33,123 bases of DNA, taken from contig DBQJ01000009.1 in NCBI GenBank assembly GCA_002305205.1, forward strand, positions 31,818 through 64,940. Direction: 5' to 3'. The notes beneath the pieces are model-generated. The model saw nothing but the letters and a program-made list of their open reading frames with translations, was not told where the DNA came from and searched no databases. Source of the stretch: a candidate division WWE3 bacterium UBA1397 (GTDB taxonomy: Bacteria; Patescibacteriota; WWE3; UBA101185; UBA10185). Numbering within the stretch: the stretch's first letter is position 1; every line of letters starts with the position of its first letter. Positions 1 through 8,802 of this stretch are shown in pieces. The translations under genes were made by a program, and so were the position numbers.

Positions 1-284
1 GCGGCTAAGGTTATAAAAAAACCGGATGATATTTCCGAGATAGGGTAGTACATGGATAATTTTTCTTTACAAAAAGAACATTTTCCTCTCTGTAGAATAT
101 ATGAAAAAACGGGTATTAGATTTTTTACCCCCAAAGGTTTTTTACAAAAATCACATTGAGATCTGCCAAAAAATATGGATCCTCCGTTAATCAATCTATC
201 TGAAACAAGATTTAGAAATGAACCAAAGAATGTCCCCGATATAAATATCAATATATAGTAAACATAGTGAGGAATTACATCCAT
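1..284 (-). CDS. pilD: Prepilin peptidase (A24 family), N-terminal part; runs off the window
   Basis: Not in the ORF track. My translation from the ATG at 284 gives MDVIPHYVYYILIFISGTFFGSFLNLVSDRL...GRSQCDFCKKPL...LIPVFSYILQRGKCSFCKEKLSMYYPISE. This has the GSFLN, RSxCxxC and GKCxxC zinc motifs of PilD, and it follows the pilin gene. Confidence 0.93.
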   Translation of the reverse strand, partial: MDVIPHYVYYILIFISGTFFGSFLNLVSDRLINGGSIFFGRSQCDFCKKPLGVKNLIPVFSYILQRGKCSFCKEKLSMYYPISEISSGFFITLA

Positions 285-300
285 ATGAAATGGAGTGTAC

Positions 301-330
301 AAGAAAACCCCTGTTTTTCACAGGGGTTTC
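301..330 (-). terminator. Intrinsic terminator downstream of the pilin gene
   Basis: Stem AAACCCCTGT (305-314) / ACAGGGGTTT (320-329). On the minus strand the GGGG arm runs into TTTTCTT. Confidence 0.8.
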
Positions 331-392
331 TCATTAGCCAAACGTACGTATTACCAATAGACTTAAATTCAAAGAACAACTAATCTCCCGCT

Positions 393-881
393 TTACGGGC
401 TCATTAATGTAAGAGCTGTTCCAACCTCAAATCTGGCCGGATCGTTTCCTCCATCTACCTGCATCTTAACTAAGTTGTCCGGGTGTTCAAGAATTGTATT
501 AAGTTCATAGTTACCGGCAACCGAAGAAGCATAGTAGTACAGATTCGGAGCTGTGTTAAGAGGATCTATTGGAAGAGTAGAGATGTACCTTGAAAGACCT
601 GTTTTACCTACAGGTACTGTATAGGATACATAACCGGTTCCATTTACTGCCTGGGATCCTGAGCTGTCTCCCGTAGCATCTGCTAAAAGCATTTCGCCCT
701 CAACAATAGCTATAGTTAATGCCTTATTCAAGGAATCTAAATCCTGAAGTCTCTTTGAATCACGGCTTTTTTGTATTAATGCCTGAGGATTAATACCGAT
801 AAGCAATGCTCCTGCAAGAACTGCAATTATTGCTATAACTACCAATAACTCAACTAACGTAAAACCTTTTCTTTTATTCAT
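393..881 (-). CDS. Type IV pilin / pseudopilin (probable major pilin)
   Basis: Class III signal peptide MNKRKG|FTLVELLVVIAII with Glu5. Lies in the pilB-pilT-pilC operon and has its own terminator. Confidence 0.93.
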   Translation of the reverse strand: MNKRKGFTLVELLVVIAIIAVLAGALLIGINPQALIQKSRDSKRLQDLDSLNKALTIAIVEGEMLLADATGDSSGSQAVNGTGYVSYTVPVGKTGLSRYISTLPIDPLNTAPNLYYYASSVAGNYELNTILEHPDNLVKMQVDGGNDPARFEVGTALTLMSP

Positions 882-918
882 AGTATTTTTTATTATTTCA
901 CCTCCCCTCAGACATTAA

Positions 919-2121
919 TTAAATAGAACTTGTAATCTTATAAATAGGAGTAATAATCGAAACAATTAGAAAACCTACACCTGCTCCAAGCATAACCAGT
1001 ATTATGGGTTCCAATGCCGCAGACAACCCCTTAACTAAATTATCAACCTCACCTTCGTAATATACTGCCACTCTTTCCAATACTTCATCCATTTTCCCTG
1101 TTTCTTCTCCTACACCTGCCATTTGAGAAAGAAGAGGGGGGAATAATTTTCCCGAACGAAAGAAACTGGAAAGAGAAGTTCCTTTTTCAACCTGCTTTGA
1201 TGCTTCTAAAACAGCTGATCTGAATTGAGAGCTGGACATAACAGTAGATACAATATTTAAGGAATCTACTATAGGAACTGCGGAATTGATTAAAAGAGAA
1301 AGTGTACGGGAAAACTGAGCATAATCCTTTTGTTTGTTTATCTTTCCAAAAACCGGCATTCTGAATATTAAATCCGAGGTTATTCTCTTTCCTTCTTCCG
1401 ATTTAGCAAAAGATCTTAATACTAAGATACCCCCGATAGTTATTATTCCTATTATAAGAATATTTTTCGCCATGAATGAAGATACCTTTATCATTGCTTG
1501 GGTTATAGCAGGAAGAGGAACATTCATACTCTCATACATACCGGCTAATTTAGGAATAACTACTACCATTAAGATAATAAATACAATAATCATAGCTACA
1601 ACAACGATTGTAGGATAAACCATTGCTGCTTTTAATTTAGAATTCAATTCTCTTTGAGCTTCAAGAGTCTCCGCCAATCTTTTTAGAATTACATCCAATT
1701 TTCCTGAAGATTCTCCTGCACCAACCAATGCTTGGTATGTCTTGGAAAATACATCGGGGTACCTGCTGATAGCGTTGGATAATGACGATCCCCCCTCAAT
1801 AGATCTAAGTAAATCCAAAATTATTCTTTTTAATATTTTATTCTCACTCTGGTTTGCTAAAACCTCTAATGCTCTTGCTATGGGAAGACCTGCTGAAATC
1901 ATGGTAGAGAACTGTCTGGTAAAAGCCACTAAGTCTGTCTGAGGAACTCCTCTAAAATTTAAGAACTTGTCAAAGACAGAGTCTCTCTTCTCTTCAATTT
2001 CTATAACATAAAGGCCCTGGTTTTTTAAAAGACTTACCGCAACCTCTTTAGATCTGGAGTCTACTGTTCCCCTTTGGGTTAATCCTTTTTGGTTTTTGGC
2101 AGTGTAGTAGTATAAGGACAT
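919..2121 (-). CDS. pilC: Type IV pilus inner-membrane platform protein (T2SS F family)
   Basis: FTRQFSTMISAGLP, GESSGKLD, GEETGKMD and LEP motifs; 400 aa. Confidence 0.95.
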   Translation of the reverse strand: MSLYYYTAKNQKGLTQRGTVDSRSKEVAVSLLKNQGLYVIEIEEKRDSVFDKFLNFRGVPQTDLVAFTRQFSTMISAGLPIARALEVLANQSENKILKRIILDLLRSIEGGSSLSNAISRYPDVFSKTYQALVGAGESSGKLDVILKRLAETLEAQRELNSKLKAAMVYPTIVVVAMIIVFIILMVVVIPKLAGMYESMNVPLPAITQAMIKVSSFMAKNILIIGIITIGGILVLRSFAKSEEGKRITSDLIFRMPVFGKINKQKDYAQFSRTLSLLINSAVPIVDSLNIVSTVMSSSQFRSAVLEASKQVEKGTSLSSFFRSGKLFPPLLSQMAGVGEETGKMDEVLERVAVYYEGEVDNLVKGLSAALEPIILVMLGAGVGFLIVSIITPIYKITSSI

Positions 2122-2127
2122 ATTTTA

Positions 2128-3189
2128 TTACATTTTTACTAAGCGCCTTAGTTCTTCCGGTCTTGATGTATATTTAACTCCATCATCCCAAGTAATTGAA
2201 CCATCTTTTATAAGTTCAGCCAAGCTTTTCTCTAAAGAAACCATCCCCACTTGAGAACTGGTTTTAATAACATTATCAAGCATGTGAGTTCTTCCTTCTC
2301 TAATCAAGGTTTTTACTGCATCGCTTCCCAGCATTATTTCTATTGCAGGTACAACCTTCTTCTTTTCCGAAGGAATCAATCTCTGGGATATTACTACCTC
2401 TATAACCTGAGACAACTGCAGTCTTATCTCATTCTGTTTTTCAGCAGGGAAAGAAGATATTATTCTTTCTACTGTCTGGGATGCCGAGTTGGTATGAAGT
2501 GTAGCAAATACCAAATGTCCTGTTTCAGATATTTGCAGGGCGCTGGACATAGTTTCAGCATCTCTCATCTCACCGATCAAAACTACATTAGGATCTTGTC
2601 TTAATATCGATTTAAGAGCAATATTCCAGGCATGCGTATCCAGGAACAATTCTCTTTGCTCCACCAGTGATTTTTTATTTGTAAATACATATTCTATAGG
2701 ATCTTCTATAGTTACTATATGCTCTGCTCTTGTTTCATTAATTCTATCCAGCATGGCCGCTATTGTTGTAGATTTTCCATGTCCGGTGGGGCCTACAACC
2801 AGGATAAGGCCTTGTTTTAAATTGCACAGATTGCCAAAATAGGTAGGAAGATTTAGTGATTCTATCGGAGGTACGGATATAGGTATGTATCTTAATGCTG
2901 CAGATAAATATCCTTTTTGAAAAAAAGCATTAACTCTAAACCTTGCTTTAGTACCTAATGCAACGGAAAAATCCAGTTCTTTATTCACTTCTAGTAATTC
3001 TCTCTGCTGAGTATCAAGAATCTGCGATAGAAAATACTCCACATCATCTACTGACAGGGGAGGGAATTCATTTAATAAATGAAGCTGCATATTAACTCTA
3101 ATAAAGGGAGAGCATCCTACTGTAATATGCAAATCCGAAGCATTGGATGCAATAACTTTTTCTAATATCTGTGTTGCATTAATTTTCAT
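2128..3189 (-). CDS. pilT: Type IV pilus retraction ATPase
   Basis: ASDLHI, Walker A GPTGHGKST, TIEDPIE, LRQDPNVVLIGEMRD, TGHLVFATLHTN, and AVKTLIRE (AIRNLIRE-like). Confidence 0.95.
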   Translation of the reverse strand: MKINATQILEKVIASNASDLHITVGCSPFIRVNMQLHLLNEFPPLSVDDVEYFLSQILDTQQRELLEVNKELDFSVALGTKARFRVNAFFQKGYLSAALRYIPISVPPIESLNLPTYFGNLCNLKQGLILVVGPTGHGKSTTIAAMLDRINETRAEHIVTIEDPIEYVFTNKKSLVEQRELFLDTHAWNIALKSILRQDPNVVLIGEMRDAETMSSALQISETGHLVFATLHTNSASQTVERIISSFPAEKQNEIRLQLSQVIEVVISQRLIPSEKKKVVPAIEIMLGSDAVKTLIREGRTHMLDNVIKTSSQVGMVSLEKSLAELIKDGSITWDDGVKYTSRPEELRRLVKM

Positions 3190-3240
3190 AAATATATTCT
3201 TTAATTAAATAAGTAATATTAATATTAAACCTAATTATCA

Positions 3241-5007
3241 TTATTGTTTAGCAACTCTCATTACTTCCTCTATAGTAGTTACTCCTTCAACTACTCTGAG
3301 ATACCCATCCTGCAGTAGAGTAAGCATCCCTTCCGATATTGCAGTAGCTTCCATCTTACTTGCCGGACTTCTTTCCAAAGTATGATGTGCTACGGAATCA
3401 CTCATTGGAAGAAGTTCAAATATTCCCAGTCTTCCTCTATAACCGCTGTTTCCGCACTTGGGGCATCCCTTGCCTCTTGATATCTTTATAGTCTTATCTG
3501 ACATAAACTTCTTAACTACCTTTGCTATTTCGGGATCTTTAAGCATCAACGCTTTATTCTCGGATATCTCCTTAACAGTCTTTGATATAGTATCTTTCAT
3601 CTCCTGCGGAGGTTCATATTCTTCAATACAATCCTTGCATATTCTTCTGATTAACCTTTGGGCTAATACTGCGTTTAAGGTTGAGGCTAATAAAAAACTT
3701 TCTACATTCATATCTAAAAGTCTTGGAATAGCACCTGAAGCAGAATTAGTGTGAAGTGTAGATAGAACTAAATGTCCTGTTAAAGCAGCGTGCACTGCTA
3801 ATTCCGCCGTCTCACTGTCTCTTATCTCACCCACCATAATTATATTGGGATCCTGTCTTAAAAAAGATCTTAATCCGCTGGAGAAGGTTAGCCCTGCCTG
3901 AGGGTTTACCTGCACCTGATTAACTCCATTTACTCTAATTTCAACAGGATCTTCCAACGTTACAATATTTACTCTAGCTGTATTCAATTTGCTTAATGCC
4001 GACGCCAAGGTAACAGTCTTTCCTGATCCTGTAGGTCCTGTAACAAGAATCATACCGTTAGGTTGAAGAGACGCTTCCTCAAATCTTTTTAGTGTCAGCC
4101 CCCTCATACCTAAATCCCTGAATGAATAAATAACTCCTTCTTCTTTCAAAAGACGGATTACAACCTTTTCCCCATATATCGTGGGAAGAGTAGATATTCT
4201 TAAATCCGTTTCTGTCTTTCCCACCTGGATTTTAAATCTCCCATCCTGAGGTATTCTTTTCTCGTCTATCTTCATCTTTGCTAATATCTTTATTCTTGCT
4301 ATTACTGAATCGTGCATTTCCTTGGGGAGAGTTCTTTTCTCTTGAAGAATACCGTCAATTCTATATCTCAGACGGGATCCCGTATCTTCGGGTTCAATAT
4401 GTACATCAGAAGCTCCTATTTTCACGGCAGTTTCCAGTATCATTCCCACTATTCTCGCAATAGGGGCATCCCTAATAGTTTGATCATTTAAATCAGAAAA
4501 ACCTTCTTCTATCTTTAATGTCGTTTGACTAATTTCTTCTAAAGCAGCATGTATTTCTTCCCCCATTTCCTTTCCTCTTTGCTCTTCTAATACTTTATCT
4601 ATATTCTTTTCAGTTGTAATAAAGGGTATAACTTTATGACCGGTCTTTCTTTCAATAAAGTCTATGGTCTGAAGATCCAAAGGATCCACCATAGCCACCG
4701 ATAATCTATTTTCCTCTAGCTCAAAAGGAACCACTTTGTATTTCTTAGATAAAGTTGATGGGATTATTTCAAGAAGTTTCTGTTCAACCTGGTCGGGAGA
4801 TAATGATACATACTCTATACCGTATACAGTGCCGAAGGCTTGGGCAAAATCCTCAGAGTTAACATACCCTCTTTCTTTAATAATCTGTTCAATACTCTTT
4901 CCGGTATTTACATTTTCAAACTTTATAGCTGAAAGCTGATCAGAACTTATCAGCTTATTTTCATATAGTACGTCTGCTACTGTTTTAATTGTATCTATTT
5001 TAAACAT
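3241..5007 (-). CDS. pilB: Type IV pilus assembly ATPase (GspE/PilB)
   Basis: N-terminal MshEN/GspE-type region, ASDVHIEP, PQDGRF, GPTGSGKT, LRQDPNIIMVGEIRD, and paired CxxC zinc motifs. Confidence 0.95.
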   Translation of the reverse strand: MFKIDTIKTVADVLYENKLISSDQLSAIKFENVNTGKSIEQIIKERGYVNSEDFAQAFGTVYGIEYVSLSPDQVEQKLLEIIPSTLSKKYKVVPFELEENRLSVAMVDPLDLQTIDFIERKTGHKVIPFITTEKNIDKVLEEQRGKEMGEEIHAALEEISQTTLKIEEGFSDLNDQTIRDAPIARIVGMILETAVKIGASDVHIEPEDTGSRLRYRIDGILQEKRTLPKEMHDSVIARIKILAKMKIDEKRIPQDGRFKIQVGKTETDLRISTLPTIYGEKVVIRLLKEEGVIYSFRDLGMRGLTLKRFEEASLQPNGMILVTGPTGSGKTVTLASALSKLNTARVNIVTLEDPVEIRVNGVNQVQVNPQAGLTFSSGLRSFLRQDPNIIMVGEIRDSETAELAVHAALTGHLVLSTLHTNSASGAIPRLLDMNVESFLLASTLNAVLAQRLIRRICKDCIEEYEPPQEMKDTISKTVKEISENKALMLKDPEIAKVVKKFMSDKTIKISRGKGCPKCGNSGYRGRLGIFELLPMSDSVAHHTLERSPASKMEATAISEGMLTLLQDGYLRVVEGVTTIEEVMRVAKQ

Positions 5008-5093
5008 AGGGCAGGTATAAACACTTCCTTATTATGTTAACAACTTCATAGTAAGACTTCAATAGATTATAGTCCAAGTTATATAATCAACTT

Positions 5094-5807
5094 ATGTTTA
5101 ACTCAATAATGATATTTGGTTCAAATCAGGAGGAAAGACAAAAGAAAGCATTATATGTTATACAAAATGAATTTACTGATCAATTTAAGAAAAGGGTAGG
5201 GGAGTGGGAGGATTTAGAGAAGCACCCCGATGTAAAATTAATTGAACAGCAGAAGGATAAAAAATCTATAGGTATCTCCGATGTTAAAGAGGGTATTAAA
5301 TATCTCCAAGAAAAACCGTTCTTAGAAAAAATTAAATTCATGATTATTCCCAAAGGATATTTGTTAACAAGGGATGCTCAGGGAGCATTGTTAAAAACGT
5401 TGGAGGAGTCGCCAAAACATGCGGTCACTATCATACTTGTTAAAACCATTAACGATTTATTGGATACAGTAACTTCAAGATGTAGAAAAATATCAGCCAA
5501 AGAATATACATACCAGGATAAAAAAGAGGTAAATAAAAAGCTCTCCTATAATGAGATATTAAACATGAACAAAGGAGAGCTACTTGATTTTGCGGGAGAG
5601 ATTTCTAAAGAAGAGAAGGAGGATATAATAGAATATTTGGAGAGATGGCTTGTTGAAGCTAGGAATTTTATGCTAAACTCACAAGGTTATTCTTCAACTT
5701 TTAGTACGGCGCAAAATATAAAAAAAATACTAAGAACTAAGAACGATCTGGAAAGAACAAATTTAAATACAAGGCTGGCACTAGAATCATTGATGTTAAA
5801 TATATAA
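5094..5807 (+). CDS. holB: DNA polymerase III delta-prime-like subunit (degenerate clamp-loader AAA+)
   Basis: HPDV, SIGISDV, AQGALLKTLEE(S)P and LLDTVTSRC (the SRC motif). Walker A is degenerate. Confidence 0.8.
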   Translation: MFNSIMIFGSNQEERQKKALYVIQNEFTDQFKKRVGEWEDLEKHPDVKLIEQQKDKKSIGISDVKEGIKYLQEKPFLEKIKFMIIPKGYLLTRDAQGALLKTLEESPKHAVTIILVKTINDLLDTVTSRCRKISAKEYTYQDKKEVNKKLSYNEILNMNKGELLDFAGEISKEEKEDIIEYLERWLVEARNFMLNSQGYSSTFSTAQNIKKILRTKNDLERTNLNTRLALESLMLNI

Positions 5808-5826
5808 AATTAAAATATTAAATGAT

Positions 5827-7800
5827 ATGGTAAAAAATAATACTGATAATTACGGTGCAGAACAAATACAAGTATTGGAGGGGTTGGAACCTGTAAGAAA
5901 AAGACCGGGCATGTATATCGGATCTACGGGCCAAGAAGGTCTTCATCACCTTGTTACTGAGATAGTAAATAATTCAATGGACGAGGCTATAGGGGGTTAT
6001 GCGGATCATATTAAGGTTGAATTTCATAAAGACGGATCTGTTGCAATATATGATAACGGTAGGGGAATTCCCTTTGATATTAAGAAAGGGTACGGGGTAT
6101 CTGCTTTAGAGTTGGCTTTTACTAAACTCCATGCCGGAGGAAAGTTCGGCGGCGGTGGTTATAAAGTTTCAAGTGGTTTACATGGTGTCGGTTCTTCTGT
6201 TGTTAATGCTTTATCCAAATGGTGCAGAGTTATAGTTAAAAGAGGAAACAAAATAGTAATACAAGAATATGAAAACGGAGGCAAACCGATAAGAAAAGTT
6301 GAAGATTTTGATTTTAAAAATCCCACCAAGATTAAAAAAAGCCCCTGGGATTTAGATGTTGAAGGATGGAAATACGAAAACGGCACTATCGTGGAATTTC
6401 TTCCGGATGATTCTATATTTGAAACGAAGGATTTTGACACTAAATTTTTTCTAAATCAGCTCAGAGAATATGCTTATCTAACAGCGGGTATTACATTTGA
6501 ACTGGTAGATGATAAAACAGAACGTAGATTTAAATTCTATTTTGAAGGTGGTATTAAAGCATATCTTAAATCACTAAATAGAAATAAAGGGGTTCTTAAT
6601 AACAATATATTTTACTGCAAAAAAACCAATGATAATGTTGATGTAGAAGTAGCTATGCAATATAACGATTCCTTTACCGAAAATGTATTATGTTTTGCCA
6701 ACCATCTAAAAAATATTGAGGGAGGCACTCACTTAACAGGTTTTAGGGCTGCTCTAACAAAATGTGTAAATGATTATGCCAGGGCAAACAGCTATCTAAA
6801 AGAGAAAGATACTAATCTATCAGGAGAAGATTTAAGAGAAGGTCTTACTGCTGTTATTTCGGTAGCTCTTGATTCATCATCTCTTCAGTTTGAAGGGCAA
6901 ACAAAGGCTAAACTTGGAAATACTAATGTAAGACAGGCAGTTGAAACAGTAGTAAAAGAGGCTTTAGAGTCTTTTCTTCAAGAGAATCCAAGAGATGCGC
7001 AATCAATAATAGAAAAAAATATACTTGCCTTTAAAGCAAGGATGGCTGCAAAGGCTGCAAGAGATACTGTTATTAGAAAAACTGCTCTGGAAGGAAGCGG
7101 TGTTCTTCCCGGAAAATTAGCTGATTGTTCGGAGAAAGATCCTAAAAAAACTGAAATATTCATCGTAGAAGGAGATTCTGCAGGGGGTTCCGCTAAACAA
7201 GGAAGAAATAGAAGGTATCAAGCTATATTACCGCTGTTTGGTAAACCATTGAACACAGAAAGAGCACGTTTAGATAAAATAGTAGATTCTGACAAGTTTA
7301 AGGCTCTAATTATTGCAATTGGGGCAGGGATAGGGGAGCAGTATAACCCCGATAAATTAAGATATAACAAAATTATTGTTATGGCTGATGCTGATGTTGA
7401 CGGTATGCACATAATTTCTTTATACTTAACATTTTTTTATAGACACATGCCTGAACTAATACAGGGAGGCCATATACATGTTGCCGTCCCTCCTCTTTTT
7501 AAAGCAACGTGGGGAAAAGAAAAAAGATATTTATTTGATGATAAAGACAGGGAAAAGTTTCTTAAAACCCCGGAGGGTCAGAAAGCAATAATTCAGAGGT
7601 TCAAAGGTTTGGGTGAGATGAATGCGGATGAACTTTGGGAAACAACAATGAATCCTGAAACGAGAAGACTTAAATTAGTCACTGTTGAAGATGCTGCTCA
7701 AGCAGATGAAGTATTTACTATGTTGATGGGGGAAGAAGTAGCTCCGAGGAAAAGATTTATACAAACACACGCTAAAGACGCTAATATTGATATTACATAA
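5827..7800 (+). CDS. gyrB: DNA gyrase subunit B
   Basis: LEGLEPVRKRPGMYIG, LHAGGKF, SSGLHGVGSS, EGDSAGG, DADVDG and QRFKGLGEM. Short (657 aa) type. Confidence 0.97.
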   Translation: MVKNNTDNYGAEQIQVLEGLEPVRKRPGMYIGSTGQEGLHHLVTEIVNNSMDEAIGGYADHIKVEFHKDGSVAIYDNGRGIPFDIKKGYGVSALELAFTKLHAGGKFGGGGYKVSSGLHGVGSSVVNALSKWCRVIVKRGNKIVIQEYENGGKPIRKVEDFDFKNPTKIKKSPWDLDVEGWKYENGTIVEFLPDDSIFETKDFDTKFFLNQLREYAYLTAGITFELVDDKTERRFKFYFEGGIKAYLKSLNRNKGVLNNNIFYCKKTNDNVDVEVAMQYNDSFTENVLCFANHLKNIEGGTHLTGFRAALTKCVNDYARANSYLKEKDTNLSGEDLREGLTAVISVALDSSSLQFEGQTKAKLGNTNVRQAVETVVKEALESFLQENPRDAQSIIEKNILAFKARMAAKAARDTVIRKTALEGSGVLPGKLADCSEKDPKKTEIFIVEGDSAGGSAKQGRNRRYQAILPLFGKPLNTERARLDKIVDSDKFKALIIAIGAGIGEQYNPDKLRYNKIIVMADADVDGMHIISLYLTFFYRHMPELIQGGHIHVAVPPLFKATWGKEKRYLFDDKDREKFLKTPEGQKAIIQRFKGLGEMNADELWETTMNPETRRLKLVTVEDAAQADEVFTMLMGEEVAPRKRFIQTHAKDANIDIT

Positions 7801-7818
7801 GAAAATTATTTCTTAAAT

Positions 7819-8781
7819 ATGCCTAACATTGGAGTAACACAAACAATATACACAGTAGATATGGATTCTCTTGCCTGTACCCTGGCTTATACAGAACTGT
7901 TAAAACTGGAAAATAGAGATTCCTGCGCCTATATACCGGGTATCCCCAATAGTACAGTAACCGAAGAAATACAGAAGTGGGATCTAGTGTACGAGAAAAA
8001 ACCTAAAGCAAGTGATTTAAAGAATATGTCTTTTGTTATAGTTGATACATCGGATATAAATGTCTTTCCTAAGTTTGTCGATAAGGATAAAGTTATTGAG
8101 ATATTTGACCACCACATAGGTCACACAGATTATTGGAGAAATAAGATAGGTATGAATGCCAGAATTGAAATGGTGGGTGCCTGCGCTACATTGATCTGGG
8201 AAGAATTTAAAAAAAGAGGAAAGGCAGGTAAAATATCCCAGCTAAGTGCGCGCCTTCTTTTAGCTGCAATATTATCAAATACCCTTCATTTTAGAGCCAA
8301 GATTACTTCCATTAGAGATGAGAGGGCATACAAGGAATTATTTCCTATTGCAGGATTAACCAGGAAATGGGTAGAAAAGTATTTTCTTGATCAGGAATCT
8401 TTTATATACAGCCATCCCAAAGATACTGTATTTAATGACATTAAATTAATAGATTTTCCTAATTTAGGCAAAAAGATTGCTATAGGTCAAGTGGAATTAT
8501 GGGACAGCAGAAAGTTCATAATGGATTTCCGCCCTCAGATAAGATCTGTATTGGAGGAAATAGGGGGTGAAAATTGGTTTTTCAATGCTCCCTGCATAGC
8601 AAAGGGTAAGAGCTATATCTATACAGAAAATAAAGAGATTAAAAATATACTTTCTGATAAATTTCACTGTAGGTTTAATGACGGGGTAGGGGATACCCAG
8701 CATCTTATTGAAAGAAAGGATTTAGTAAAAATATTATCAGGATATGGAGAGGAGATTAATACTCTTCAAAATACTCCTTAA
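7819..8781 (+). CDS. DHH/DHHA2 phosphoesterase (family II inorganic pyrophosphatase / exopolyphosphatase-like)
   Basis: DMDS, IVD, IFDHH, VGACATLI, AILSNT and IGQVE motifs typical of the PpaC/Ppx1 family. Confidence 0.85.
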   Translation: MPNIGVTQTIYTVDMDSLACTLAYTELLKLENRDSCAYIPGIPNSTVTEEIQKWDLVYEKKPKASDLKNMSFVIVDTSDINVFPKFVDKDKVIEIFDHHIGHTDYWRNKIGMNARIEMVGACATLIWEEFKKRGKAGKISQLSARLLLAAILSNTLHFRAKITSIRDERAYKELFPIAGLTRKWVEKYFLDQESFIYSHPKDTVFNDIKLIDFPNLGKKIAIGQVELWDSRKFIMDFRPQIRSVLEEIGGENWFFNAPCIAKGKSYIYTENKEIKNILSDKFHCRFNDGVGDTQHLIERKDLVKILSGYGEEINTLQNTP

Positions 8782-8802
8782 ACCTGTTAATATTACTAGG
8801 TT

